Below, piece by piece: positions 48,971 through 59,519 of a stretch of DNA of 64,000 nt. Numbering within the stretch: position 1 is the first letter of the stretch; each line of letters starts with the position of its first letter. Source of the stretch: Phycisphaeraceae bacterium (GTDB lineage Bacteria; Planctomycetota; Phycisphaerae; Phycisphaerales; Phycisphaeraceae); assembly GCA_963674705.1 (NCBI GenBank), contig OY771506.1, positions 1,472,001 to 1,536,000 of the forward strand, given 5' to 3'. The position numbers and the translations under genes are program-made. A model generated the notes under the pieces. The model ran no database searches and was not told the origin of the DNA. It saw nothing but the letters and a program-made list of their open reading frames with translations.

Positions 48971-50170
48971 ATGTTCGGAGAAGTGAAAGGTCTGACAAAA
49001 AGTGGATGGATTGCGGCACTGCCGTGCAGCGTGTTGGCGTTCGCGTTGGCTACGCAGTCGGCGCAGGCGGGCAACTACTACGACGTCCTTGCCGGCCAAA
49101 CCCCACTGCTGCATTTCGGCTTTAATGAATCAACCAATCCCGGTGACACCTCGACTATCGCAACCGAGGTCGACAACCTCGATCTGCTGCTGGGTGCAGG
49201 CAACTTTGTCGCCGACGCCAACCTGGGTATCGACACGGTTGTAGGCGTTGCGAGCCTCGAACCGTCAAGCGGTTTTGATGGTTTCGATGCCGGCAACACC
49301 GGTTTTAACTTCAATACACTTTCAGGCAACTGCCTCGTTATGAGCCTCACCAACCCCTTGAATTCCATGGGTATGGCCGCCGGCAGCTTCAGCACATGGG
49401 TACGCGCGACCGATCCGAGCCCGGATGGCTTGGGTACCGCCGGCATGTTGTATCTCGGTGACGAAGGCGGCGGCGAGGTCATGAATGTGCGCTTCGCCAA
49501 TCTGCCCGACGGCAGCGGGGTTTTCACCATTGAACTGAGCACGGATGACGTGCCGACGATCTATGCTGAAACCGATGGAACTACCGACTACTCCGATGGC
49601 CAGTGGCACCATGTCGTGGCGACCTGGGGATACGACGGGGTCCTGGATAGCGGATTCCTGAATATCTACGTGGATGGCGGTGACCTGGCGGGCGGCGAAC
49701 AGGATACCGCCACGTTCGATTCCATCTCGTTCCCGAACATCTGGATCGGTGACCAGATCATGGACTTTGACTACCGCCAGCGTATAGGTAAGGGGCGCGC
49801 CAACGCGATGCGCTACAACGGAGACATGGACGAACCGGCGTTGTGGAACCGCGTTCTCACGGCCGAGGAAGTCAAGGCACAATTTGATGCCGCGTTCGCC
49901 GTCGGTGGATTGGATGGCGATCTGAATGGCGACGGCTTCGTCGGCCTGGATGACCTTGACATCATCCTCAGCAACTGGAACCTGAATGTTCCGCCCGGCG
50001 ATGCGGCCGCTGATCCGACAGGTGACGGCTACGTCGGCCTGGAAGACCTGGACATCGTGCTGAACCACTGGAACGAAGGCACCCCGCCTGCTGCGGTCGT
50101 GCCCGAACCGGCGGCCCTGTCTCTGCTTGGCCTGGGTGGCCTGGCACTGATCCGCCGCAACAAGCGCTGA
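48971..50170 (+). CDS. LamG-like PEP-CTERM protein with dockerin-like module
   Basis: DGQWHHVVATW, IYVDGG, DEPALW, dockerin repeats, VPEP-TM-RR; AGGAGG RBS. Confidence 0.87.
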   Translation: MFGEVKGLTKSGWIAALPCSVLAFALATQSAQAGNYYDVLAGQTPLLHFGFNESTNPGDTSTIATEVDNLDLLLGAGNFVADANLGIDTVVGVASLEPSSGFDGFDAGNTGFNFNTLSGNCLVMSLTNPLNSMGMAAGSFSTWVRATDPSPDGLGTAGMLYLGDEGGGEVMNVRFANLPDGSGVFTIELSTDDVPTIYAETDGTTDYSDGQWHHVVATWGYDGVLDSGFLNIYVDGGDLAGGEQDTATFDSISFPNIWIGDQIMDFDYRQRIGKGRANAMRYNGDMDEPALWNRVLTAEEVKAQFDAAFAVGGLDGDLNGDGFVGLDDLDIILSNWNLNVPPGDAAADPTGDGYVGLEDLDIVLNHWNEGTPPAAVVPEPAALSLLGLGGLALIRRNKR

Positions 50171-50292
50171 ACATCACCGATACACCACCCGTGCCGGTTA
50201 ACGCCGACACGGGTGATTCACAAAACAGTTAGTAGTCAAAAGGGATGACGTGTCCCTCGCGCTATCCGTACGCACTCATGAAGGACTCAATC

Positions 50293-51084
50293 ATGATCCG
50301 GTCGAAAGGTTTCACACTCATCGAACTGCTCGTTGTTATCTCAATCATTGCGCTGCTGGTCGGCATCCTCCTGCCGGCGCTCGGGGCGGCTCGCCGGACC
50401 GCGATCAGTGTCAAGTGCCTGTCCAACCACCGCCAGATCGCGATCGGTATCGTCAGCTATCAGAATGACTATGAGGATCACTTCCCGAACAAGGTTATCT
50501 ATGAAGAACCCGCCAGCCTGCATGGTGCGGCCCCGATGGTTGCGACGCAGTCCTGGCTGGGTACCGCCGGGAGTGCCGGCGGATACGCCAGGTACGGCGC
50601 TGATGTTCGTTATCTGAATCCTTACGTTGGTGGCCCGTATGCTGATCCCGAAGACTCCGTGCCTGTCGCTGTTTGCCCGGCGGATGAACAGCAGGATGAC
50701 AACTCACTGTTTTATTCCTGGGGCACCTCCTACCGTGCCAATACAGCCCACAAACGCAGCCTGACCCGTAACGATCATGGGCTGAAGTATCAGAACGGCC
50801 GGCTGGCGACCGAAGTGGTCAATCCGTCCAAGACCGTTGCGATGTTTGAGTCCAAGGCTCTTGAGGTTTGTTACCCCGCGAGCAACTTCAACGTGGAAAC
50901 AAACATGACGGCCCGTGACTTCTGGCATACGAATAAGGGCGATTACCGGTTTAATACATCCCTGTGCGACGGGCACGCTGAGATGATCAGCTATGAGCCC
51001 ACGAAGTGGGCCACGGATGCCTATACGTTTAATGTCGATCAATATCAGGAGTATCCGGATCAAGCAAACGAAATCCTCCCCTGA
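50293..51084 (+). CDS. DUF1559-like prepilin-type protein
   Basis: [10 protein letters not shown]..., VCPAD, WH...NTSLCDGH. Confidence 0.87.
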   Translation: MIRSKGFTLIELLVVISIIALLVGILLPALGAARRTAISVKCLSNHRQIAIGIVSYQNDYEDHFPNKVIYEEPASLHGAAPMVATQSWLGTAGSAGGYARYGADVRYLNPYVGGPYADPEDSVPVAVCPADEQQDDNSLFYSWGTSYRANTAHKRSLTRNDHGLKYQNGRLATEVVNPSKTVAMFESKALEVCYPASNFNVETNMTARDFWHTNKGDYRFNTSLCDGHAEMISYEPTKWATDAYTFNVDQYQEYPDQANEILP

Positions 51085-51351
51085 CCAAACTTCTCAACCC
51101 TCCAACCTTGATGCCATGCAAACAAAGCGTTTGTGAGGCATCAAGGTTTTTTCATTTCGGCTGGGGCGAAGCGCTACCCGACTATGTTAAACGTGTTGGC
51201 GCGACAGTTCCTTACCGGTGTATACAAACTGTCTCACTACTCAGGAATCGAAAATCAAACAAAAAGCAAGGTCAATCAGCACTTCCTTGATAAACTACAT
51301 GTTCGCGTTCGTAGCCGGGCCGCGTCGTAGCATCATCCGGCGCACCCACGT

Positions 51352-52203
51352 GTGATGCACGAGCGATTGATGTCGCAAACATGTTCAAGGAATTCTGCGA
51401 TGTGCCGATTAGCCTCCTGTTTCCTGTTATCACTGGTATTACTTGTCATCGGTTGCGATCGCGATAGCGAATCCGGCGACCAGGCGCAGGCCGTCAACAT
51501 CTATGCCGCGGCAAGCACCGCCCACGTGCTCGAACCACTGGCCGCCCAATATGAAAAGCAAACGCACCAGACTGTTCGATGCAACGCCGCCGCCAGCTCC
51601 ACGCTTGCGCTACAGATCGAACAGGGCGCACCGGCCGACATCTATCTCTCCGCCAATCAGCGCTGGATGGATCATCTGCTTCAAGCCGGCCTGATCAACG
51701 AACAAACCAAGACCGACTTGCTCGCCAACCAGATTGTCCTGATCGGGTATGCAGGCGAAGAACTCGCAAATAATCCGCCGCAAGACGTCGATATCGTCAA
51801 ACAGTTATCCAGCTACGAAGGCAAACTCGCGATGGGGGATCCCGACCACGTCCCCGCCGGGATGTATGCCAAGTCCGCCTTGCAATCATTAGGCCTCTGG
51901 AGCGCGGTCGAATCAAAGATCATCCCCGCCAAGGATGTACGCTCAGCCTTATTGCTTGTTGAGCGCGGCGAAACACAATTAGGCATCGTCTACAAGACCG
52001 ACGCGGTATCCAGCGATCGTGTTGTCATCCTCGCAACCTTCCCCGATGAAAGTCACAAGCCGATCCGCTACCCCATCGCACTCACAACAACTGCTAACAG
52101 CCACGCTCAAGCGTTCATGGATTACTTGAAAACTGAAGCAAGCCGTAGCGCTTTCGAAGCCGCCGGCTTCAGATTCCTCGGCGGATCAGACGACGTCCAC
52201 TGA
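51352..52203 (+). CDS. modA: Molybdate ABC transporter substrate-binding protein
   Basis: YAAAS, SSTLALQIEQGAPADIYLSA, DPDHVPAGMYA, DVR, GIVYKTD, IRYP. Start uncertain. Confidence 0.9.
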   Translation: MMHERLMSQTCSRNSAMCRLASCFLLSLVLLVIGCDRDSESGDQAQAVNIYAAASTAHVLEPLAAQYEKQTHQTVRCNAAASSTLALQIEQGAPADIYLSANQRWMDHLLQAGLINEQTKTDLLANQIVLIGYAGEELANNPPQDVDIVKQLSSYEGKLAMGDPDHVPAGMYAKSALQSLGLWSAVESKIIPAKDVRSALLLVERGETQLGIVYKTDAVSSDRVVILATFPDESHKPIRYPIALTTTANSHAQAFMDYLKTEASRSAFEAAGFRFLGGSDDVH

Positions 52204-52490
52204 CACCCGACCGAAGCAAATCACTTTTGTTAACAGGTGTTCGGAGACATGGGTAACACTTTCTGAGGTTACCAGCCGCTTCGCATGCGGGGCGTGCAAT
52301 ACCACCCCGATGAGCGTGCAGCCCCTCCCAGTTCTCATCAAGATGTTCCACCCCAAGAGCATTTCCCCGCCAGTTATTTCAACGTACGAATAAAATATTA
52401 GGCGATTTGTGGCCCGATCTCCCCCATGTTGACATGCTATCGCAACGCAGCGGTCTCAGAGGTTGAGCGGTTGATCCCAAGCCACCGGCA

Positions 52491-54938
52491 CTAGTCTTCC
52501 GCGACGGCGGACCAGTCCATCTTGCCCATGAGTTTGAAGATCAGCACCGTCGCGAGGATGCCGTACAGGCCGTAGATCACGGTCCACAGGTAGTTGCCGA
52601 AGCAGGCATGGCCCAGGCTGAAGATCATCGCAAACAAACCCGTCACGCCCAGCAGCCACCCGGTCCATTCAAGCCCGCCGACACGCAGGTGGTTCGGGTG
52701 GCCCGCCTTATCCGCGATCCGCTTCCAGCCGCCCGGTGGCTGAACCCGCTGATAGAACTTAACGAGGTGTTCATCTGACTCCGGCGGCGTCAGGAACGTC
52801 ACCGTCACCCAGATCGTCGTCGAGATCACCAGGTTTAATGTGAACCGCACCGCGTACTCATCCAGCAGGTACTGATACTCGCCCAACTGAAGCAGCTCGA
52901 ATAACCCGTGGAACAACCGGGTGTAGTTCAACAGGACGAATACCATCAACGACGACGCCATAGCTGCGATCTCGCTCCACGCGCTGATACGCCACCAGTA
53001 CCAGCGCAACAGCACCGCGAAGCCCGCACCGGACATCAACTCGAAGAACGTGAACCAGCCCGTCGCGATGTTGTCCGAGTAGTACGCATACATCCCCGCC
53101 AGGATCGCCAGCACCACTGTCGTGATCTTGGAGACCATCACGTACGAGCGTTCGCTGCCCTCAGGGTTGATGAATCGCTTGTACAGGTCGTTCACGACAT
53201 AGGAGGCGCCGAAGTTCACGTGCGTTGAGATCGTGGACATGTACGCCGCCATCAAAGCCGCGACCATCAGCCCCTTGAGCCCGATCGGCAGGTACTTCAT
53301 CAGCATGATCACGTAGGCGTGTTCGGCGGTGTAGTGTTCGCCATACGCCGTCACATCGGGAATAAGGAACAGCGACCCGACGCCCACCACGATCCACGGC
53401 CAGGGCCGAAGCACGTACATCGCGAAGTTGTACCAGAGCATCGCCAGCATCGAGTGCTTCTCATCCTTGCACGAGAACAGCCGTTGCGCCAGGAATCCAC
53501 CGCCTTCACCCCCGCCCCACCACTGCAAACCGAGGAACACGATCAACGCCCAGATCGCGGTCAATCCGCCATTCTTCACATCGAACGGCGGGAGGAATCC
53601 GGTGATCTTCGACGGCGCAACCACCCGATCCTTGTGTACCGCCGCCAGCATCTCGCTCTTCCGCTCGATACCCACTTCGTCCATCTTCTCGATAAGCTCT
53701 GCTTCACTCAGCGATAGATCCGGGATGCGGTAGTAACCCAGCTTCCCGCCCTTCGCATCGCGGTCTTCTCTTAATAAACCGGCCGCGACAAGACGGTCCG
53801 CGATCCCCTTTTCCTCGAACAATTCACGCCCGACCGTGTAGGCCCCTTCCCACAAGCGCATCACCGCGCCTACGGCCTTGTCCGGCATCGTGCCTTCCAG
53901 CATCGCTCGCACCGCCGCGGCATCCAGGTCGGTTGCTGTCCAAACGTATTGCGTGTCGTTATCTGCGACCGGGCGGATCAGGTTCTGCTGAACCAGGTCG
54001 GCAACAACGGAATCTCCTGCCTTGTGCTGGGCTTCGGCCGTCGTGCCTTCTTTGGGCGGCTCCACCGCATCGAGGATGGCCTGCGCGCTGATCGATTGCC
54101 TGTCCGCCGGCGCGACGTTCCTGACTTCTCCGTTGTTCACCGCCGCGACTGCCTGGTCCACCAGTTGTGTCGGCCCGTTCGCCACCGCGAACACCACGAA
54201 CATCAGAATAATCGTACCCGTCATCGCTAGGCAGAACTGGAACACGTCCGTCGCCATCACGCCCCACAACCCGGATATCGCGCTGTAACCGGCCGCGACC
54301 GCGAAGCACACGATGATGCCCGTTGCCTTGGCGGAGATGATCGCCTCGCCATAACCGGGGATCGACAGGATCGACGCCGGGTCTATCCGTGACGCGATCT
54401 CAACACCCTTGGGGATAAACTCCGGCATCCACTGACCCGAAACGAAAACGATCGACGGGATATCCAGCGTCACTTCAAGGATCTTCACCATCGCCAGCGT
54501 TACCCAGCCCATCACCAGCGTGTTCTGGATGATCGACCGGTACGAGGCGTGGAACATACGCAAGCCCGCCGCCGGCGCACCGGCGTAACGAAGCTCCACA
54601 AACTCGACATCCGTCAATAGCTTCGCCCTTCGCCAAAGCCTCGCGAAAAAGAACGTGCACAGCATCATCCCCATGATGCCCCCCCACCAGAACCAGTTGC
54701 GCTCGAGCCCGACCGTTCGCATCCAGCCGGAGATCACCAACGGCGTATCCGCTGCGAAACTCGTCGCCACGATCGATGTGCCCGCCACCCACCACGTCAT
54801 CTTCCTGCCCGCGACGAAGTAATCATCCAAACTGGCCTTGGCGCGTTTGGAAAAGTACAGCCCGATCGCCAGCGTCGCAGCAAAAAACGCCGCGATGATC
54901 ATCCAGTCCAGCAACTCAAGCCCGGGGAGTGTCAGCAT
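52491..54938 (-). CDS. Sodium:solute symporter with large loop insertions
   Basis: DYFVAGR, ATSFAADTP, GLWGVMATDVFQ, AQRLFS, AAYMSTIST, LRWYWWR. Confidence 0.9.
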   Translation of the reverse strand: MLTLPGLELLDWMIIAAFFAATLAIGLYFSKRAKASLDDYFVAGRKMTWWVAGTSIVATSFAADTPLVISGWMRTVGLERNWFWWGGIMGMMLCTFFFARLWRRAKLLTDVEFVELRYAGAPAAGLRMFHASYRSIIQNTLVMGWVTLAMVKILEVTLDIPSIVFVSGQWMPEFIPKGVEIASRIDPASILSIPGYGEAIISAKATGIIVCFAVAAGYSAISGLWGVMATDVFQFCLAMTGTIILMFVVFAVANGPTQLVDQAVAAVNNGEVRNVAPADRQSISAQAILDAVEPPKEGTTAEAQHKAGDSVVADLVQQNLIRPVADNDTQYVWTATDLDAAAVRAMLEGTMPDKAVGAVMRLWEGAYTVGRELFEEKGIADRLVAAGLLREDRDAKGGKLGYYRIPDLSLSEAELIEKMDEVGIERKSEMLAAVHKDRVVAPSKITGFLPPFDVKNGGLTAIWALIVFLGLQWWGGGEGGGFLAQRLFSCKDEKHSMLAMLWYNFAMYVLRPWPWIVVGVGSLFLIPDVTAYGEHYTAEHAYVIMLMKYLPIGLKGLMVAALMAAYMSTISTHVNFGASYVVNDLYKRFINPEGSERSYVMVSKITTVVLAILAGMYAYYSDNIATGWFTFFELMSGAGFAVLLRWYWWRISAWSEIAAMASSLMVFVLLNYTRLFHGLFELLQLGEYQYLLDEYAVRFTLNLVISTTIWVTVTFLTPPESDEHLVKFYQRVQPPGGWKRIADKAGHPNHLRVGGLEWTGWLLGVTGLFAMIFSLGHACFGNYLWTVIYGLYGILATVLIFKLMGKMDWSAVAED

Positions 54939-54996
54939 CGGCAGAGTGTCTTTCGTTTTAAAAGCATTCGAGCGTATAAACCCTGAGCGTTGCGAT

Positions 54997-55080
54997 ATGG
55001 GTGCCACACTTTGACCCGCAGGGCAAAGTGTGCGTGCAACAGCAAACCTTGTCGCTGCGCGATCAAGATGTGCCACCCAT
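54997..55080. repeat. REPIN/MITE-like composite palindrome
   Basis: Terminal IR ATGGGTGCCACA/TGTGCCACCCAT (11/12) enclosing two hairpins. Confidence 0.55.
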
Positions 55081-55168
55081 CAAACGCTACAGTCGGATTC
55101 ATGTCACAAAAAGTGTTTGGGGTCGGTGAGTATGTTGGCACGGCCGATCGACGGCTTCACCACTACGC

Positions 55169-56353
55169 TCAGCTCTGCACGCTGACGGAATTCACGATGC
55201 CCGGCTGCTCATAATCGGCCGGCACCTGACCGACGCGCGGCTGCTCGCCTTCAACGATCTGGATCGCATCGATCGCGGCGAACGCGGCGCCCATGGAACT
55301 GCCGAAGTCGCTGTACGTGGAACATCGCGCCTCGACGTAGCGGTTGGGTAGCGAAACGATCGTCTGGTTGATCACCGATTCGATCGTCTTAAGTACTTGC
55401 TTATTCGTGATGATCACGTTGCCGCCCAGGATCACCGCTTCAGGATCAATCAGGTTCACCACACTCGCCATCGTGTGCCCAAGGTCCGTGCCGATGCGGA
55501 TCAGCTCCGGCGTCAACGGCCCGTCAGGCTCCGCCAGCAATTCAAGCTGGTCCGGCGTGACACATTCGGTCGGGTCCGGATCGAGGATCGCGTCAACTTC
55601 ACCCGCGCCGAAGTGGACGCCGCGATGAAGCTTGTGGTTGATGAAGTACGTCGAACCCAGGCCGTAGATCTGGATCACATCGTTGTGCTGCTGCGAACTT
55701 ACAAAGAAGTAGATGAACGTGCCAAGATCGCGGGCGCTGCCCTGGTGCGCCTCCGCTACAGCAGCGAAGTTCGCATCGTTATCAACAAGCACAGGCACGC
55801 CCAGTGCATCGCTGACCATCCGGCCCATCGGGTAGTTCTTCGTGTTCAACCACGTCGACGTTAGCAACACGCCACGCGTGTAATCCACCACGCCCGGCGT
55901 CGCGATCCCGACGCCCAGCAGCTTCTTCATCGATTCATCGTGCGCCGTCGCCCACGATCGGACATGGCTGGACAGTTGCCGGGGGATGTCGTCCACGCTG
56001 TGGCCCGTCGCCATGTGCTCCTGGCCCAGGACTTTGCCGGCCGCATCTAGGTAAGACAGCGTCATCGAATCACGGTCGATACTCAGCCCGACCACCCATC
56101 CCAGGTCCGGGTTGATCTCCAGCAGCAACTGCTTCTTGCCCACCGTCTTGGATTCCGCCTTGCCGACCGTTCGCACGACCTGGTTTTCCAATAGTTCGCG
56201 GACGATATAGGTCAGTGTCGAGTTACGCAGGCCCGTGATCTGGGCAAGCTGTTGGCGCGATAGCACCCCGTGGTGACGCAGCAACTGCACCGCCAGCCGA
56301 CGGTTATGAACCGCCGAAATGGTCTGAGTCGATTTTTTAACGGCACCACGCAT
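55169..56353 (-). CDS. ROK-family transcriptional regulator
   Basis: N-terminal HTH (LSRQQLAQITGL), GVGIATPG, VDNDANFAAVAE, GAGEV. Confidence 0.9.
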   Translation of the reverse strand: MRGAVKKSTQTISAVHNRRLAVQLLRHHGVLSRQQLAQITGLRNSTLTYIVRELLENQVVRTVGKAESKTVGKKQLLLEINPDLGWVVGLSIDRDSMTLSYLDAAGKVLGQEHMATGHSVDDIPRQLSSHVRSWATAHDESMKKLLGVGIATPGVVDYTRGVLLTSTWLNTKNYPMGRMVSDALGVPVLVDNDANFAAVAEAHQGSARDLGTFIYFFVSSQQHNDVIQIYGLGSTYFINHKLHRGVHFGAGEVDAILDPDPTECVTPDQLELLAEPDGPLTPELIRIGTDLGHTMASVVNLIDPEAVILGGNVIITNKQVLKTIESVINQTIVSLPNRYVEARCSTYSDFGSSMGAAFAAIDAIQIVEGEQPRVGQVPADYEQPGIVNSVSVQS

Positions 56354-56484
56354 GAGTTGTTATCCAGTCAACGAAAAGTTCAAGTCAATCGAGCGGATTT
56401 ATGTCCCATTTATACCTGAAAAAACCGACTATCTGCAACGTTAATCCTGATTTATAGAATCCCAACGCTGTTTTTCAGGCGTCG

Positions 56485-57294
56485 TTACGGCAGGTCAGGC
56501 CGGACGTGACGCTTCAGCACCGAGTCCATCGAGCGTTTTTCCACGTGGCCGTCGAAGAACGAGAAGGTCGCTGAATTATTACCCCCGTGCCGCCAACGGA
56601 TGTCAGCACTGCCAAAACCGGAGGTTTCTCTGTCCTCGTTTTGACCGGGATCGATCGCATCTTCGTTATCGTCAGCCTGCGGGTTGAACCAGCAGCCGGG
56701 CAGCGCCGGATTACGCCGTGCCATGAACACCGAGTTGTTATCAAGCCGCAATGCCGTGGCGTAGACGTTGTATTCCGTGATCTCGCCGGTATCCGGGTCC
56801 ACAAAGTTGCGATCCTTGAACTGGATACCGTCCATGATGTAAACCAATTCCGTCTGGCGCTTGATCATGTCCAGCGTGAAGTATGGCGGGACATTCTTGC
56901 CGCTGGCGATGGCGGCAGCCGTATCCAGCGGGTCGTATCCGATCACCGGGTGGATTGAGTAATGCAGGATGCCCTGGTCGATCGTGGCCGCGGGGCATTG
57001 GAACATCTCGCCGTGCTCTGTCTCACCGGTGCCTGTCTGCATCGTGTAATCGTTGATCAGAACCGACCAGTAAATCGGCGGGCTGCTGTTGGTGTACCCG
57101 ATCGGCAGGATCTCGCGGTTGTCCGTCGCATACCCAAATACCCCGATCATCTGCTGGCGGACGTTCGAGGAGCACTTCACATCCTGTGCCACGCGCCGTG
57201 CAGCGCCGAGGGCGGGAAGCAGGATCCCGACCAATAACGCGATGATCGAGATGACCACGAGAAGTTCAATAAGCGTAAAACCTTTGCGTTTCAT
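56485..57294 (-). CDS. DUF1559-like prepilin-type protein
   Basis: [11 protein letters not shown]..., [22 protein letters not shown]. Confidence 0.9.
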   Translation of the reverse strand: MKRKGFTLIELLVVISIIALLVGILLPALGAARRVAQDVKCSSNVRQQMIGVFGYATDNREILPIGYTNSSPPIYWSVLINDYTMQTGTGETEHGEMFQCPAATIDQGILHYSIHPVIGYDPLDTAAAIASGKNVPPYFTLDMIKRQTELVYIMDGIQFKDRNFVDPDTGEITEYNVYATALRLDNNSVFMARRNPALPGCWFNPQADDNEDAIDPGQNEDRETSGFGSADIRWRHGGNNSATFSFFDGHVEKRSMDSVLKRHVRPDLP

Positions 57295-57425
57295 GATTTA
57301 TCCTTTTCATCACGGCACTTTTGGCCCGGAGAAACCTCTGGACCCGGGTTTTCCTTCACAACGAGATCAATTGTAAAAGGACAAGCTTGCCATGTCAATA
57401 AATTTTCATTGCGTGTATAAAATAA

Positions 57426-59420
57426 TTATGCGCCAGTCCACGCCTGCGACGCCGCCGCGTGACGGGTCGCCAGCTCGATGTTCCGATTGTTCCGCCGATA
57501 CAGCTTCGCCAGCCAGTGATGCGCCCCGCGGTGCGTCGGGTCCATCCCCAGGCTCGTTTGCAGCGCCAGGATCGCCTGATCGTCCATGCCCAGCTCCGCC
57601 AGCGCCTGGCCGAGTGTCCGGTGGGCCCGGGGGAACTGATGGAACAGCCCGACCGCCTGTAGCGCCAGCTCGACCGCGCGTGCGTGTTCGCCATTGGCGA
57701 TGCACACCTCTGCCAGGCTGTTCAGCGCTGTGGGATTGTCCGGATCGGCTTCAAGCACACGCCCGAGCACCGACTCAGCCTCATCCCAACGCTTCTGCAT
57801 GCAGTACACCTTGCCCAATCGCTGAAGCAATCCCGCAGCATCAGGCGTCGCTTTCTTCACTTCATCAAAACACTTCAGCGCACCGTCGATATCCCCCCGC
57901 GCCAGCATCGCATCACCCATGACAAGCTGGATCGTCGGGTGCGCGATCTGCTGCTCATCAAATGCTTCACGCAACACGCGCTCGCAATCGTCTGCATAGC
58001 CCTGCCCCAGGTACGCACGCGCAAGTTTCATCTGGAAGTAGCTGCGATGTTTTTCATCAGCAAGCTCGATCAGCTCCTGCCAGACCGGGATCGCCTCGGC
58101 CGCGCGCTTGCTGTCATCGAGCGCCCGCGCGAGGTTGTGTTTCATGTCCATGGTTGTGTTGTGGATCGCCTTCTCCGCATCGTCGCCCGGGTCTTCGATG
58201 TAACCGAGTTCGACGAGTTGCCTGATCGCCTCGGCTGCGGCGACGGGGTCTTCGCAGTGTTCGCCTTCATGCGTACCGCTGTCGCCTTCGATCTCATCCC
58301 AGCTCATCACACGCTCGATCTGCACCGGCGGGTCCATGATCTCAAGCCAAGGCCGACCATCCATGTCCGCACCGACCGGCAAACCCAACAACGTAAGAAT
58401 CGTCGGCGTCACATCCAATAGCGTCGCGCCGTACAAGCGCTCCTGCTTCTTGATGCCGGGCCCGCTTGCGACCGCGATACCGTACGGGCTGTGCCAACCC
58501 TCGGGATTGTCCATCCCGTTGGTGCTCGGCCGATCTTCTTCGTTATGAAAACCGTGATCGCTCACAACGATGACGGTTGTATCTTCACCCGCCATTTCGA
58601 GTGTCGCCTGCAGCATCAAATCCTGGAAGCGATACACGCCGTTCATCACATCACCGAAGATCTGCGCATCTTCATCGCTGATGCCCGGCATCTGCGGCGG
58701 GTGGTACGGCATGAACGCGTGGCCGAAGTGATCGATCGCATCGAAGTAGATCGCGGTAAAGTCCCAAGGCTCTTTGTACATCAGGTAATGCGCCGCCGCC
58801 TGTACGGTCGCCATGCGCGAAATCAACATCGCCAGTTGCATCAACCGGTTGTCTTTGGTTTGATCGATGCGCGCCGCTTGTGGCACGAAAGGTGTCAGTG
58901 CGTCGCTATCCAGCAGTGTTGGATCGACAACCAGCTCAAGCAGCTTCTCTGCTAACTCGGGCGGATGACACAAGCCCGGCTTGGCCTCGCGCATACTCGC
59001 GTGCACCTTGCACAGCGCCGGATAACGATCCGTCACGATCGCGCCGTTGATCGGCTCTGCCGGTTCGGAAGCAAACCAGCTCACGATGTTCGACCGCATG
59101 CCGTTCTGCGTGAGGATATTCCAAAGCGCTTTGCACTTTCGGCTCGTGCTGGTCACGGGGCGCACGCCCGTGCCGTCGGGATTTGGTTCCATGAAGCCGT
59201 GAATCCCGTGCTTGTCGGCACGTTTGCCGGTCGCGATCGAGTTCCAGAGCATCGGCGACAGGATCGGGCGGATGGTCGCCAGGTTGCCGCTTACGCCGTT
59301 GTCGATCAGGCGTTTAAGGTTGGGCATCCAGCCTTTTTCTATCAGCGGATTGATGATCTTCCAGTCGGCGGCGTCCCAGCCGATGAGTAACACTTTGCTT
59401 GCACTTCGTTGCCCGCTCAT
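57426..59420 (-). CDS. Alkaline-phosphatase-superfamily (type I phosphodiesterase/nucleotide pyrophosphatase) protein with C-terminal TPRs
   Basis: IGWDAADW, SPMLWNSIATG, DHFGH, VSDHGF, LDVTPT, LVELGYI, then TPRs; no signal peptide seen. Confidence 0.85.
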   Translation of the reverse strand: MSGQRSASKVLLIGWDAADWKIINPLIEKGWMPNLKRLIDNGVSGNLATIRPILSPMLWNSIATGKRADKHGIHGFMEPNPDGTGVRPVTSTSRKCKALWNILTQNGMRSNIVSWFASEPAEPINGAIVTDRYPALCKVHASMREAKPGLCHPPELAEKLLELVVDPTLLDSDALTPFVPQAARIDQTKDNRLMQLAMLISRMATVQAAAHYLMYKEPWDFTAIYFDAIDHFGHAFMPYHPPQMPGISDEDAQIFGDVMNGVYRFQDLMLQATLEMAGEDTTVIVVSDHGFHNEEDRPSTNGMDNPEGWHSPYGIAVASGPGIKKQERLYGATLLDVTPTILTLLGLPVGADMDGRPWLEIMDPPVQIERVMSWDEIEGDSGTHEGEHCEDPVAAAEAIRQLVELGYIEDPGDDAEKAIHNTTMDMKHNLARALDDSKRAAEAIPVWQELIELADEKHRSYFQMKLARAYLGQGYADDCERVLREAFDEQQIAHPTIQLVMGDAMLARGDIDGALKCFDEVKKATPDAAGLLQRLGKVYCMQKRWDEAESVLGRVLEADPDNPTALNSLAEVCIANGEHARAVELALQAVGLFHQFPRAHRTLGQALAELGMDDQAILALQTSLGMDPTHRGAHHWLAKLYRRNNRNIELATRHAAASQAWTGA

Positions 59421-59456
59421 GTTCGGTCCTGCTTGCATACGGTTTGTTCAAACAAC

Positions 59457-59486
59457 GTTGGGCGGAGACTTTCATCTCCGCCCAAC
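59457..59486. other. Intergenic 12-bp perfect stem-loop
   Basis: GTTGGGCGGAGA-N6-TCTCCGCCCAAC. Confidence 0.6.
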
Positions 59487-59519
59487 ACGCTGCATTCATA
59501 CATAACAACCGGAGGTTAC

